A DNA stretch of 61,332 bases, filler included, from Alphaproteobacteria bacterium (GTDB lineage: Bacteria > Pseudomonadota > Alphaproteobacteria > Caedimonadales > UBA9215): assembly GCA_024280495.1 (NCBI GenBank). It is 4 parts of 4 records of this genome, joined end to end, with 100 filler letters (N's around TTAATTAATTAA, not from the genome) between each part and the next. Parts side by side here need not be neighbours in the genome. Positions count along the whole stretch, not along the records: positions 40,432 to 46,990 come from JAJRPZ010000048.1; positions 47,091 to 61,332 come from JAJRPZ010000049.1; 2 more parts are not named here. One strand, 5' to 3'. Made by a program: the position numbers and the translations under genes. Each line of letters begins with the position of its first letter. Positions within the stretch are counted from its first letter, which is position 1. Positions 42,436 through 52,905 of the stretch are shown piece by piece. Below the pieces are notes generated by a model. The model worked only from the letters and a program-made list of their open reading frames with translations, was not told where the DNA came from and did not search any database.

Positions 42436-44409
42436 ATGGGCAATAACAGCAAAAATCTTATCCTTTGGGTCATAATTGGACTCTTTGTCCTGGCCCTTTA
42501 TAATATGTTCCAAACAGGGTCTGATCGCCTTGAAGGACAGGACTTAACTTATACGGATTTCATCAATGCCGTTGAAAACAACCGTGTTGCCGAGACTATG
42601 ATTGAGGGAAACCATGTGGTCGGTCGTTTCAACGATGGCAAAAGCTTTAATGTTGATGTGCCCAATGACCCAGCCCTTGTCGAGCGCCTTTTGAAAAACA
42701 ATGTGAATATTAAGGCCGCTTCTACGGAAACTGGCAACACGTGGTGGTCCGTTCTCCTTGGGTGGTTTCCTATGCTTCTTTTGATTGGTGTATGGCTCTT
42801 TTTCTTACGTCAAATGCAATCGGGAAGCAATAAAACCATGGGGTTTGGGAAATCTAAAGCCAAGCTTTTAACAGAACAGCAAGGTAAAATTACCTTTGCC
42901 GATGTGGCTGGTGTGGATGAAGCAAAACAAGAAGTTGAAGAAGTTGTTGACTACCTAAAAGACCCCCGTAAGTTTCAAAAATTAGGGGGGCAAATTCCTA
43001 AAGGCGTTTTATTGGTGGGAAGCCCAGGAACGGGTAAAACCCTTTTGGCGAGGGCCATTGCTGGTGAAGCCAGTGTTCCTTTTTTCTCTATTTCAGGGTC
43101 TGACTTTGTTGAAATGTTTGTAGGGGTTGGCGCAAGCCGTGTGCGTGACATGTTTGAACAGGGTAAAAAAAATGCGCCTTGTATTATTTTTATCGATGAA
43201 ATCGATGCCGTTGGTCGCCACCGTGGAAGCGGCATGGGCGGTGGTAACGATGAACGTGAACAAACATTGAATCAACTTCTTGTGGAAATGGATGGCTTTG
43301 AAACCAATGAAGGCGTTATTTTGGTTGCTGCTACCAACCGTCCTGATGTTTTAGATCCAGCCCTCTTGCGACCTGGCCGTTTTGACCGTCAAGTGGAAGT
43401 TTCCCTTCCTGATATCAACGGGCGCGATGCCATTCTAAAGGTTCACATGGTCAAAGTACCTCTGGCTAGTGATGTGGATCGTCATGTGTTGGCCCGTGGT
43501 ACTCCTGGTTTTTCAGGGGCAGATCTTAAAAATCTTGTGAATGAAGCCGCCCTTGTGGCAGCCCGCCAAGATAAAAGAGTTGTCACCATGAGTGATTTTG
43601 AATTTGCGAAAGATAAAATTATGATGGGGACCGAACGCCGTTCTATGGCCATGAGTGATGATGAAAAAAAACTAACAGCTTACCATGAAGCGGGGCACGC
43701 CCTTGTAGGAGTTTTAACAGAGGGGTCCGATCCTATTCACAAAGCAACTATCATTCCGCGCGGCCGTGCCCTTGGTATGGTGATGCGGTTGCCTGAACGA
43801 GATAAAATTTCCATCACCCGTCAACAACTACAAGCTGATCTTGCCGTTGCCATGGGAGGGCGTGTCGCTGAAGAACTCATTTTTGGCCATGATAAAGTAA
43901 CGACAGGTGCATCATCGGATATTTCGTATGCCACAAATATGGCGAAAAGAATGGTTGAAAATTGGGGTATGTCTGAAAAAATGGGTCCCATTTCCTATGG
44001 TGGTGACAATGATCAAAACTACCTTGGCCAACCTTCTGCTGGTCGCCCAGGGGTGTCAGATCAAACAAGCCAAGAAATTGATGCAGAAGTACGTAGGTTT
44101 ATAGATGAAGCCTATGTTTATGCAACGAAATGCCTCAAAAGAAATGCAAAACAACTGGAAGATTTGGCACAAAACTTACTGGAATATGAAACCTTAACGG
44201 GCATTGAAATCACTGATATTATTAATGGTAAAAAAATTGACCGTAGCGAGCATATGAAAGATAAAAATGCAAAACCTAAATCATCCACTCCCAAGGTAGG
44301 TGTGCCTAAACTTGTGGTGAAACCTGCAAAAAAAGATAAGAAATCAGCGCCCCCTAAAAAAGAACCCGTTAAAAAATCTGCGACTAAAAAACCAAAGAAA
44401 AAAGATTAA
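42436..44409 (+). CDS. ftsH: ATP-dependent zinc metalloprotease FtsH
   Basis: Two TMs, [22 protein letters not shown]. Confidence 0.99.
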   Translation: MGNNSKNLILWVIIGLFVLALYNMFQTGSDRLEGQDLTYTDFINAVENNRVAETMIEGNHVVGRFNDGKSFNVDVPNDPALVERLLKNNVNIKAASTETGNTWWSVLLGWFPMLLLIGVWLFFLRQMQSGSNKTMGFGKSKAKLLTEQQGKITFADVAGVDEAKQEVEEVVDYLKDPRKFQKLGGQIPKGVLLVGSPGTGKTLLARAIAGEASVPFFSISGSDFVEMFVGVGASRVRDMFEQGKKNAPCIIFIDEIDAVGRHRGSGMGGGNDEREQTLNQLLVEMDGFETNEGVILVAATNRPDVLDPALLRPGRFDRQVEVSLPDINGRDAILKVHMVKVPLASDVDRHVLARGTPGFSGADLKNLVNEAALVAARQDKRVVTMSDFEFAKDKIMMGTERRSMAMSDDEKKLTAYHEAGHALVGVLTEGSDPIHKATIIPRGRALGMVMRLPERDKISITRQQLQADLAVAMGGRVAEELIFGHDKVTTGASSDISYATNMAKRMVENWGMSEKMGPISYGGDNDQNYLGQPSAGRPGVSDQTSQEIDAEVRRFIDEAYVYATKCLKRNAKQLEDLAQNLLEYETLTGIEITDIINGKKIDRSEHMKDKNAKPKSSTPKVGVPKLVVKPAKKDKKSAPPKKEPVKKSATKKPKKKD

Positions 44410-44420
44410 AAATGCAAGGA

Positions 44421-44448
44421 GAACTCTGTAAATCTTTTACAGAGGTTC
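44421..44448 (+). terminator. Hairpin after ftsH
   Basis: gaactctgtaaa-tct-tttacagaggttc; weak U-tract. Confidence 0.4.
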
Positions 44449-44570
44449 CTATAATAATTTTTTTATTCGGGGCAATATTCATCACTAAATATAGCTAAGG
44501 GTTTTTGGATAGAACTTAAGTAAAGTAAAATTTTATTTTACTTAAGTTGTAAATATAACTCAATGATATA

Positions 44571-45143
44571 TTGTACAGTTTGAAATATTGGAGTTTTAAT
44601 GTGTATAAAGTTATATTTGGATTTTTTAGTTTATTTTTTGTTTCTTCAGCGTCGGGATCTTTGCCCTCATTTCTTGATGAGGTAGACCCTGAAATTAGAA
44701 GTCTAACGCCTCTTTTAGGAAAATTAAAAAATCGTTTTTCTAATACTAATTATTCATCAAACCCAAATAGAAATAATAATCCTAGAGCTGATATATATTC
44801 AACGGGGTATTCAGATAAAAAAGCCAAGTGGTTTTATGATCTTGGTGAAAAAGTTATGGAGGTTACCGACAGACCAGATAAATTCATGGCTAATTCTAAA
44901 AAAGTGGTTGATGCTCTTAGACATGAGGCTCCCGAAAATTGGAATTCATATGAGGCTGATTATTGGATTACAGAACCCTTTTATCAAAGATGTTTTTCTG
45001 AACATGATATACGTGAACATAGGCTGGAAAACCTTAGATTTAATACTTATCTAGAAGAAAACAATGTTTCCCTTGAAGAATATGTTAGTTGGTATCGAGA
45101 AAAATATCCGAACGCACCGCTGCCCGAATCTCTTAATCTTTAA
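44571..45143 (+). CDS. Hypothetical secreted protein
   Basis: 190-aa AT-rich ORF; signal-peptide-like VYKVIFGFFSLFFVSSASG (start may be the GTG near 44601). Confidence 0.7.
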   Translation: MYSLKYWSFNVYKVIFGFFSLFFVSSASGSLPSFLDEVDPEIRSLTPLLGKLKNRFSNTNYSSNPNRNNNPRADIYSTGYSDKKAKWFYDLGEKVMEVTDRPDKFMANSKKVVDALRHEAPENWNSYEADYWITEPFYQRCFSEHDIREHRLENLRFNTYLEENNVSLEEYVSWYREKYPNAPLPESLNL

Positions 45144-45160
45144 GCAACTGGTCTTTGCAG

Positions 45161-45254
45161 TGTAATGAACTGAGTGATTTTAAGGGGACCTTATATCTAA
45201 TTAATACGATCTACCATATCACATAATTCCACTAAAATCACTCAGTTCATTACA
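45161..45254. mobile_element. 94-bp MITE with perfect 22-bp TIRs
   Basis: tgtaatgaactgagtgatttta ... taaaatcactcagttcattaca; its reverse complement matches 46763-46839. Confidence 0.88.
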
Positions 45255-45259
45255 TTTAC

Positions 45260-45358
45260 TTTCAAAAAAGTTCCAGACGTCGTCAGTCGCTCCCGTGCCT
45301 ATAAATTATAGGCGTTGGTCCCTCGTTCCTAGACTGGAACCTTTTTGAAACGACTATA
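45260..45358 (-). repeat. Family A near-full copy, inverted
   Basis: Reverse complement tatagtcgtttcaaaaaggttccagtctaggaacgagggaccaacgcctataatttataggcacgggagcgactgacgacgtctggaacttttttgaa aligns with 22016-22114. Confidence 0.92.
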
Positions 45359-45510
45359 GAAAACTCTGAAAAAGAAGCTACTATATCAGTTCCCCCTAGG
45401 AAATAAAAAAATATTAACCTTTTATTAATTTTCTCCTTTGAAGATAATTTTCAGAAGCACCCTTCTTTCTTTATAGCTTTATCAACTGGGTAGCCTTACA
45501 GGAGCAATCA

Positions 45511-46470
45511 ATGATTAATTTTACAACATCTTCTTTACCAAAAAAAAATAAAAGAAAAACAAAAGCTATAGGTTCAATATCCACTCTTGCTCTTGTCTTG
45601 AGCATTAACATGGCCTGGGGAAGTAATATTGATTCTGGTGACATAATTCCAGATAACGTAAAAACGTCAGTTCCTACCTCACTTACTATGTCTTCCTTTG
45701 TTATAGAGAATACCGAAAATGATAATCTTGGCGATGAAAAAAAACTTTCTTTTGGAATAGCGTCTCGTGTTACTGACATACTACCTAAACAGGATCAAAT
45801 TGATCCCAATGTAAAAAGTGCAATTATCCAAGCCCTTGAATTGGATCCTCGTGATATAAATGGTGATGGTCACGTTAGTCTAGGTGAAAAAATCGCTGCC
45901 TTTTTAGGCCTTAAGGATCAAGATGGTGATGGAGATATTGATTTTGAAGATATCAAAATAACCTTTGTTAAAATGATTCATGGCGCTTATAAACACCTTC
46001 AAAATGCATTTGATCCAAATGGAGACGGTAAAGTCGAATTCGCAGAATTTTTCGGTGGTGTTCAATCATTGATTAGAGACGCAAAAAAAGGTCTTGTTTC
46101 CCTAACAGAATTTCTTGGAAATGCTGGCGATATTTTAAAACCTGCATTGATCCTATTGCCAGAAAGCATAAAAGTGCCGCTTGGACTTCTTATGAATACG
46201 GTTGGGGGAATTATAAAAGATGCGACTGGTGTCGCAAATATTGCCGAGGATAAAACAAAAGAACTTGAAAGCACCCTTAAAGTCGTGCGTAAAAAAATCA
46301 AAAATTTTAAAGATGGAGATATGAACACAGAGGAATTATATGAAGTTCGAAAAGACCTTTTGGGATATTTTGAAGTTTTGAATGGTTGGTACAATACAGG
46401 TGATATTTCAACTATTATTTATGATATTGAAGCAAGGCTTGCAGAACAACAAATTGATATTACTAAATAG
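45511..46470 (+). CDS. Secreted EF-hand calcium-binding protein (hypothetical)
   Basis: Signal-like N-terminus; loops DINGDGHVSLGE, DQDGDGDIDFED, DPNGDGKVEFAE. Confidence 0.78.
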   Translation: MINFTTSSLPKKNKRKTKAIGSISTLALVLSINMAWGSNIDSGDIIPDNVKTSVPTSLTMSSFVIENTENDNLGDEKKLSFGIASRVTDILPKQDQIDPNVKSAIIQALELDPRDINGDGHVSLGEKIAAFLGLKDQDGDGDIDFEDIKITFVKMIHGAYKHLQNAFDPNGDGKVEFAEFFGGVQSLIRDAKKGLVSLTEFLGNAGDILKPALILLPESIKVPLGLLMNTVGGIIKDATGVANIAEDKTKELESTLKVVRKKIKNFKDGDMNTEELYEVRKDLLGYFEVLNGWYNTGDISTIIYDIEARLAEQQIDITK

Positions 46471-46493
46471 AAAATTACAATACCCATCGGATC

Positions 46494-46760
46494 GGCTTTG
46501 TTCGGGATGCCTGGTTCCGATGACTTAAGGCAGAATTATCCTATTTTTTGAGAGTCGCATGTTCCAAAGGAATTCCAGAAAATAATAATGTTGGCGATGA
46601 TGATGCCTTTATTTTTTTTGAGCCGATTCTCTTTGAGTCAGCAGGGTTGATCCAAAACGTCACGATCACCGACTCTGTCAGTTGTCATTTTTAAAGCATG
46701 AATATTCATATTAGGACCCATGGAAAGATGTAACTTTTTCCAGGGTCTATTTCTATAGGA
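46494..46760 (-). mobile_element. Degenerate IS5-family (IS903-group-like) remnant
   Basis: GGCTTTGTT end at 46494; minus-strand fragments RPWKKLHLSM...IHALKMTTDRVGD and ...GIIIANII.FWNSFG...KIG* resemble the IS903-type WRKLHL motif and C-terminus. Confidence 0.65.
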
Positions 46761-46762
46761 AG

Positions 46763-46990
46763 TGTAATGAACTGAGTGATTTTAGTGGAGTTATGTGATA
46801 TGGTAGATTGTATCAATTAGATATAAGGCCCCTTAAAATGAGCATGTGCTACCGAGTAATTTACCAGACATTTAAAAGTAACAATCCTGAAGATATCCCC
46901 CAAGAGGAAATGATAATTGAGTCAGAAATTACAGCACCTACAAATTGTTTGGATTTCACCATGGAAATGGAGCTGCAACTTTAAGCAGTA
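46763..46990 (+). mobile_element. Left end of an IS with truncated transposase start (ORF 46838-46984), possibly ISKra4 family
   Basis: Same TIR as the 45161 MITE, followed by MSMCYRVIYQTF...EITAPTNCLDFTMEMELQL*; family call is from recalled resemblance only; contig ends here. Confidence 0.55.
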
Positions 46991-47090
46991 NNNNNNNNNN
47001 NNNNNNNNNNNNNNNNNNNNNNNNNNNNNNNNNNTTAATTAATTAANNNNNNNNNNNNNNNNNNNNNNNNNNNNNNNNNNNNNNNNNNNN
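46991..47090. other. Artificial contig spacer
   Basis: 100 bp N/TTAATTAATTAA/N. Confidence 0.98.
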
Positions 47091-48129
<1,039 letters not shown>

Positions 48130-48148
48130 TTATATAAAATAACAGAGA

Positions 48149-48442
48149 TTAAGCTTTGATACCAAAAATATCAGACTCTTTCATAATGAGAAGATCCTCT
48201 GAATCAATTTTGATTTCTGTGCCAGACCATTTACCGAAAATGATGGTATCACCAGCTTTGACATCAAGGGCAATAAGTTTCCCTGCTTCATCACGGGCAC
48301 CTGAGCCAACGGCAACAACGTGACCCTCTATGGGTTTTTCTTTGGCACTATCTGGAATAATAATACCACCACTTGTTTTGGATTCTTGTTCGACACGACG
48401 CACAAGAACACGATCATGTAAGGGTTTAAATGTAGATGTCAT
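48149..48442 (-). CDS. groS: Co-chaperonin GroES
   Basis: [21 protein letters not shown]. Confidence 0.98.
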   Translation of the reverse strand: MTSTFKPLHDRVLVRRVEQESKTSGGIIIPDSAKEKPIEGHVVAVGSGARDEAGKLIALDVKAGDTIIFGKWSGTEIKIDSEDLLIMKESDIFGIKA

Positions 48443-48615
48443 AGATTAATCTCCTCTATCTATTAGACTAAAGAAGGCCCACGGTACGACCTTTAAAAGC
48501 ACCGATCCATGGACGCAAAAGAGCTTTGTTTTATAAAACTCCATTCAAAAATACTGGATTTTTTCAACAGCGTCAAGCACTGTAAGGGATTCTATTTTAT
48601 AGAGTTTTTACAATT

Positions 48616-50088
48616 TTAGTCTTCACCTTGAGCTTTAGAATATCCAGGCACCTGGTCAAAATCAGTAAGGCGTTCAAGATGCATCCAATTATATTTCGAG
48701 GCCACACGACTCATCACTTCCATAGTCATGGCGTGATCCATCTCATTATCATTATTTATCATAAAACGAGCTTGAAGATGATCCACCATGTCGGGCAAAA
48801 GACCATTAACGGCTGGGTAAACTTTCACGCCCTTAGAACCGATCATTTTGAGGTTTACAGGAAGGTCACTCACCAAAGACTCTAGAGTTTTACCAAGGAC
48901 CATTACGTCTTCTTCGGTATCCAAAAATACATCAAGTCCTTGCACTTTTTGACTTTTGACGGGGACATATTTTCGATTGTCAGGCAGTAATGGCATTTTT
49001 ATTTTTTTATAATCTCTACTTGACCAAAAAGTTGAGGTGCGGCCAAAACGTTCAATGATGGCATCGGTGAATTCTGTTGTGGAAACGGCACCGTCATTTT
49101 TGTGAACATCTTGAGTATAAACGCCATCTTCGAGAGTTGATAAAACGGCCTGTTCGATTTTTTGAGCTCCTTCAAATTCTCCGATATGGCGGAGCATCAT
49201 GACTCCTGATAAAAGAACGGCAATAGGATTAATGACATTTTTACCAGCAAATAGAGGAGCAGAACCATGAACGGCTTCGAAAATAGCTATATCCGTTCCA
49301 AGGTTAGCCCCTGGTGCGAATCCTAGCCCACCCACAAGGCCAGATGCAAGGTCACTCAATATATCTCCATTCATGTTGCTCGTCACGATGACATCAAAAT
49401 CTTCGGGGGTGCGTACCAATTGGTGCGCGCAATTATCAATAATAATATGATGGGCTTGAATATCTTTAAAGTCTTTTGCAACATCTTCAAAGGCGTGTTT
49501 AAGCATGCCTTCAGAAAATTTCATGATGTTAGCTTTGGTTGCACAATGCACTTTTTTACGGCCTTCTGCGCGGGCTAATTCAAAGGCAAAACGACAGATT
49601 TTTTCACAACCTTTACGGGTGATAAGTTTTAAGGTTTGGGCAACGCCTGGAGTTTGCATATGCTCAATACCCGCATATAAATCTTCGACGTTTTCACGGA
49701 CAATCATGATATCAATGCCACGCCCTTTGTAAGGAGTATCAATGTTAGGAAACTCGCGAACTGGACGGGTATTAGCATAGGTTTCAAAAAGCTTACGCAA
49801 GGTAACATTGGCGCTTTTTTCGCCAAAACCAACGGGAGTTTCAAGGGGACCTTTTAAAACCAAGCGTGTTTTTTTGATGGATTCTAAAGTTTCGTCAGTC
49901 ACACCAGATGCAATGCCGCGTCTGAATACTTCAGCGCCAGCTTCACATACATGCCAATTTATTTTTACCCCAGAAGCATCGATGATTTTTTTAGTGGCCC
50001 CAACAACTTCTTTACCGATACCATCCCCATAAATAAGGGTGACGTCTGTTCCATTGCTTTTGTTCGCTGACATGTTTGATACTCCCAA
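48616..50088 (-). CDS. icd: Isocitrate dehydrogenase (~480-aa type with C-terminal extension, as in Rickettsia/Thermus)
   Basis: GDGIG.EV, KSANVTLRK, RENVEDLYAGIE, NMNGDILSD, EAVHGSAP, YSKAQGE. Confidence 0.93.
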   Translation of the reverse strand: MGVSNMSANKSNGTDVTLIYGDGIGKEVVGATKKIIDASGVKINWHVCEAGAEVFRRGIASGVTDETLESIKKTRLVLKGPLETPVGFGEKSANVTLRKLFETYANTRPVREFPNIDTPYKGRGIDIMIVRENVEDLYAGIEHMQTPGVAQTLKLITRKGCEKICRFAFELARAEGRKKVHCATKANIMKFSEGMLKHAFEDVAKDFKDIQAHHIIIDNCAHQLVRTPEDFDVIVTSNMNGDILSDLASGLVGGLGFAPGANLGTDIAIFEAVHGSAPLFAGKNVINPIAVLLSGVMMLRHIGEFEGAQKIEQAVLSTLEDGVYTQDVHKNDGAVSTTEFTDAIIERFGRTSTFWSSRDYKKIKMPLLPDNRKYVPVKSQKVQGLDVFLDTEEDVMVLGKTLESLVSDLPVNLKMIGSKGVKVYPAVNGLLPDMVDHLQARFMINNDNEMDHAMTMEVMSRVASKYNWMHLERLTDFDQVPGYSKAQGED

Positions 50089-50187
50089 TTGTTTTTATTA
50101 GCTGTATTGTAACTGAAATAGAGAACAACGGAAATAGAGAGATTTCTATAAAGGGGGGGGGAAATAACTTTATAAGAGTTGAGTCAC

Positions 50188-50955
50188 TTAAATAAAAAAA
50201 ACATCGCCAGTGCTGTGTTTTGTGAGAGTAATTATACCTTTAGAATCAATTTCTTCAATAATAAGACAGCCTCGCCCATCTAAATCATGAAAACGCCCCT
50301 GAATTTGATGTTCGTTGTTACAACATTCCCCAGGTTCACCGCGGTTGGGGTGAATAGAGACTTGTTGATGCTTTGGATCTCTATTATCTAACCAGTAAAA
50401 TTTTAGGGGGCCAAACCCTTCTTCTTCAAAAATTCCCTGCCATTTGTCAAATTGTTGAGTGATTGCAGAGGTTATATCTTGTGGCGAAAGGCTTTCTTTA
50501 GTCAAACACAGATGTATTGCAGTAAAGGCAGTATCCTGTGGGTGTGAGGTGATGTTCAATCCAATGCCGATAATTATTTTGTCATCCTGAATCTCCAATA
50601 GAATACCTCCTGTTTTTTTTGAATTTAGCAGAATGTCATTGGGCCATTTGAGGGTGAGGCTATGAGCAATATTTGGCAAGAGATCACGGACTGCATCAAG
50701 CACAGAAAGGGCCGTGATGTAGGCATAAAAGGGGGCTGACTCCAAGTTTTTCAAAGGCGTAACAAGGGTCAGATATAAATTTCCTTTTGGAGACTGCCAT
50801 TGTCGTTCATACCGTCCTCGCCCAAAAGATTGTTGATCAGAAAGAACATAGAAAGGGGGCGTATGACCTTGCTTTAAAAGATCTTTTGCCATGTCCATGG
50901 TGGAGGAAACAGTATGAAAATAATGAGAGTGCCATTCAATTTTTTTAGTGAGCAT
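50188..50955 (-). CDS. birA: Biotin-protein ligase
   Basis: SSTMD, GRGR..RQW.SP.GNLY, LKWPND, KTGGIL.E; start set at ATG 50955 because the longer ORF reads through a repeat. Confidence 0.92.
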   Translation of the reverse strand: MLTKKIEWHSHYFHTVSSTMDMAKDLLKQGHTPPFYVLSDQQSFGRGRYERQWQSPKGNLYLTLVTPLKNLESAPFYAYITALSVLDAVRDLLPNIAHSLTLKWPNDILLNSKKTGGILLEIQDDKIIIGIGLNITSHPQDTAFTAIHLCLTKESLSPQDITSAITQQFDKWQGIFEEEGFGPLKFYWLDNRDPKHQQVSIHPNRGEPGECCNNEHQIQGRFHDLDGRGCLIIEEIDSKGIITLTKHSTGDVFFI

Positions 50956-50970
50956 AGAAAATCCGATTAT

Positions 50971-51003
50971 TATAGTGGTTCTAAAAAGGTTCCAGTCTAG
51001 GAG
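50971..51003 (+). repeat. Family A left end
   Basis: tatagtggttctaaaaaggttccagtctaggag matches 22016-22048. Confidence 0.85.
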
Positions 51004-51010
51004 ACTAATG

Positions 51011-51198
51011 GGCAGATTCAACTCTGAAGTGCAATTCCTTTTGTGCCATAATCTTTACTAAATAAACAAACGACAGAAAAAGGAGTTGCCATGTCAAAAT
51101 ACACTCATCTAAACCTTGATGAAAGGAGATTATTGTCTTTTTACTAAGGCTTTGAGAGATGTTATGAGGTCAACATTATTTGAGAGAGATTTTAACGT
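51011..51198 (+). mobile_element. IS30-family left-end remnant (pseudo-transposase)
   Basis: ggcagattcaactctgaagtgcaa is IS30-like as an IR; RBS plus MSKYTHLNLDERRLLSFY* at 51091-51147; frameshifted RSTLF-REI helix-turn-helix remnant. Confidence 0.7.
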
Positions 51199-51334
51199 CT
51201 TAGGGTAATTATGAATATTAAATTATATTTAAATAATTACATACGATTATTTTATAGTTGACAATGTTAATGTTAATGGTTATTTAGATATCAGATGATT
51301 GATAAAATTATTAATAATAAAAGGACTGATTGTT

Positions 51335-52732
51335 ATGAAACTAAAAATAATATTTCCTCTCGTATTCACATTTGGATTTTTGTCTCTCATTTCCACGGAA
51401 GGATTTTCCTCAAGTAAACATGATGAAACAGACAACTTATTTGGGGGGTATTACACAAATTTTTGCACTAAAGCCGCAGAGCTACATCCCGAAAAAAAAG
51501 ACAGTATTTCAAACTACTATCAACAAACGGGAAATAAATTATCCTATGACAAGAATTTTGGGATGAACCATCTTTTTTATAGCCTTCTTCAAATCACGAT
51601 TTCTTTGAATCCGCATCTCAATTCAGACCTCTTTTTCTTTAAACCTTTTCAAGGTTTTTTGAATAATTATGGAGACTTATGGAAATTATCACATTCTGAA
51701 ATTTCTGGAGTCGTTTCTAGGACTATTAATAGTCTGATGAATAATCAAGAAAGTGACTCAGTTGCTATCCAAAGAGTTACGGACGACCTTATTGAGCTAT
51801 ATACAGGGCTTGTAATACCTTCATTTTATGGTGAGAATTTAGTTCCGTATTGGAATGAGTCTGGAAGCCCTTATTTTTCCTTCGAGCATTATTTAGAAGA
51901 GCGTAGTAATGGTAGAGTTTTGATTGGATTCCAATTAGAAACCCTTGAAAATGGAGGCCATGGGAACGCTTGGGGGGGAGATGAGTATGCACTTACAACC
52001 GTTCATGATATTTTACATATGGGGGAATCAGCACCACATACCACTTTTGATCCAGAGGGTCACATAAATTTTGAAGATTCCGACGATTACAAAAATAAGC
52101 ATCTCATCAATATAAAGCATGCAGAGGCCAAAAGAAGATCAATAAAGTTTGCTTGGGATAAAATCAAAGGACTTAAAGAGGAACATAAAGATACTTATAA
52201 AAAGCATAAAATCGCCCTTTTTTATATTGCTCATGAACTTCTAAGACATACTCCAGAAACGGCCTATGGACCCAATATGGAGACAGAAAGTGTATTGGCA
52301 AAGATGTGGAAGCATTCTAAGGGTGTTTTGGAAGAATATTTCACGGATAATGCAGCGACTATGGAGCGTGAAGATTTCTATAAAGCATCAATTTTCGGTG
52401 AAAATGATGATTTGATCTATTCAGGTTTATTTGAGAATGCACCAGATGATATTCGTAATGAATTCATTGATTTTTATCATTTGTCATCTGATGCCTATCC
52501 CGCAATGATTCGCTACTCGAAAGATGAAAATGGAGGGATTTACCATTCTATGTGGGATACGGATGAGTGGAGAGCCAATCGTAAGTTCTTTTATTCAGTT
52601 GCGGCAGTGTTGAAATATGCAGGCTTTTCCTCTGAAGTTTACGGAGAAAATTACCAGGATTTTAATGTTGAAAATTCCAAGGAAGAAATACTAAAATTGA
52701 TGAAAAATATGGTTCTGTTTGTTCTTGAATAA
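51335..52732 (+). CDS. Hypothetical secreted protein
   Basis: RBS aagga then MKLKIIFPLVFTFGFLSLISTEG signal peptide; 465 aa from this ATG; HDILH and HELLRH motifs. Confidence 0.8.
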   Translation: MKLKIIFPLVFTFGFLSLISTEGFSSSKHDETDNLFGGYYTNFCTKAAELHPEKKDSISNYYQQTGNKLSYDKNFGMNHLFYSLLQITISLNPHLNSDLFFFKPFQGFLNNYGDLWKLSHSEISGVVSRTINSLMNNQESDSVAIQRVTDDLIELYTGLVIPSFYGENLVPYWNESGSPYFSFEHYLEERSNGRVLIGFQLETLENGGHGNAWGGDEYALTTVHDILHMGESAPHTTFDPEGHINFEDSDDYKNKHLINIKHAEAKRRSIKFAWDKIKGLKEEHKDTYKKHKIALFYIAHELLRHTPETAYGPNMETESVLAKMWKHSKGVLEEYFTDNAATMEREDFYKASIFGENDDLIYSGLFENAPDDIRNEFIDFYHLSSDAYPAMIRYSKDENGGIYHSMWDTDEWRANRKFFYSVAAVLKYAGFSSEVYGENYQDFNVENSKEEILKLMKNMVLFVLE

Positions 52733-52784
52733 CAAGCTCACGAACCAGGTATCAATGTCAGGGCTTTTGTAGGAAATTTGAAGA

Positions 52785-52832
52785 TATAGAACGTGTCTTA
52801 TAAAAGGTTGCTTTTATAGGACACGTTTTATA
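52785..52832. repeat. 48-bp near-perfect palindrome (bidirectional terminator or collapsed MITE)
   Basis: tatagaacgtgtcttataaaag-gttg-cttttataggacacgttttata between convergent genes. Confidence 0.75.
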
Positions 52833-52888
52833 GAGTTCAGCATACATAATTCGAAAATTTAAAAAAGATGTGCTTCAGAGGCGCTCAC

Positions 52889-52904
52889 TTTAGAACCACT
52901 TATA
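52889..52904 (+). repeat. Family A-type right TIR
   Basis: tttagaaccacttata is the reverse complement of tatagtggttctaaa (50971) with one extra base. Confidence 0.6.
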
Positions 52905-52905
52905 A

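Noticed and set aside
48443..48615. CIRCE element upstream of groES
   Set aside because: No TTAGCACTC-N9-GAGTGCTAA match; only a weak TTGACG-N17-TATTTT promoter-like site at 48548-48576
50956..51021. N-terminal extension of BirA in the ORF track
   Set aside because: It reads through the family A end and the IS30-like IR from a non-ATG start; ATG 50955 gives a normal-length BirA
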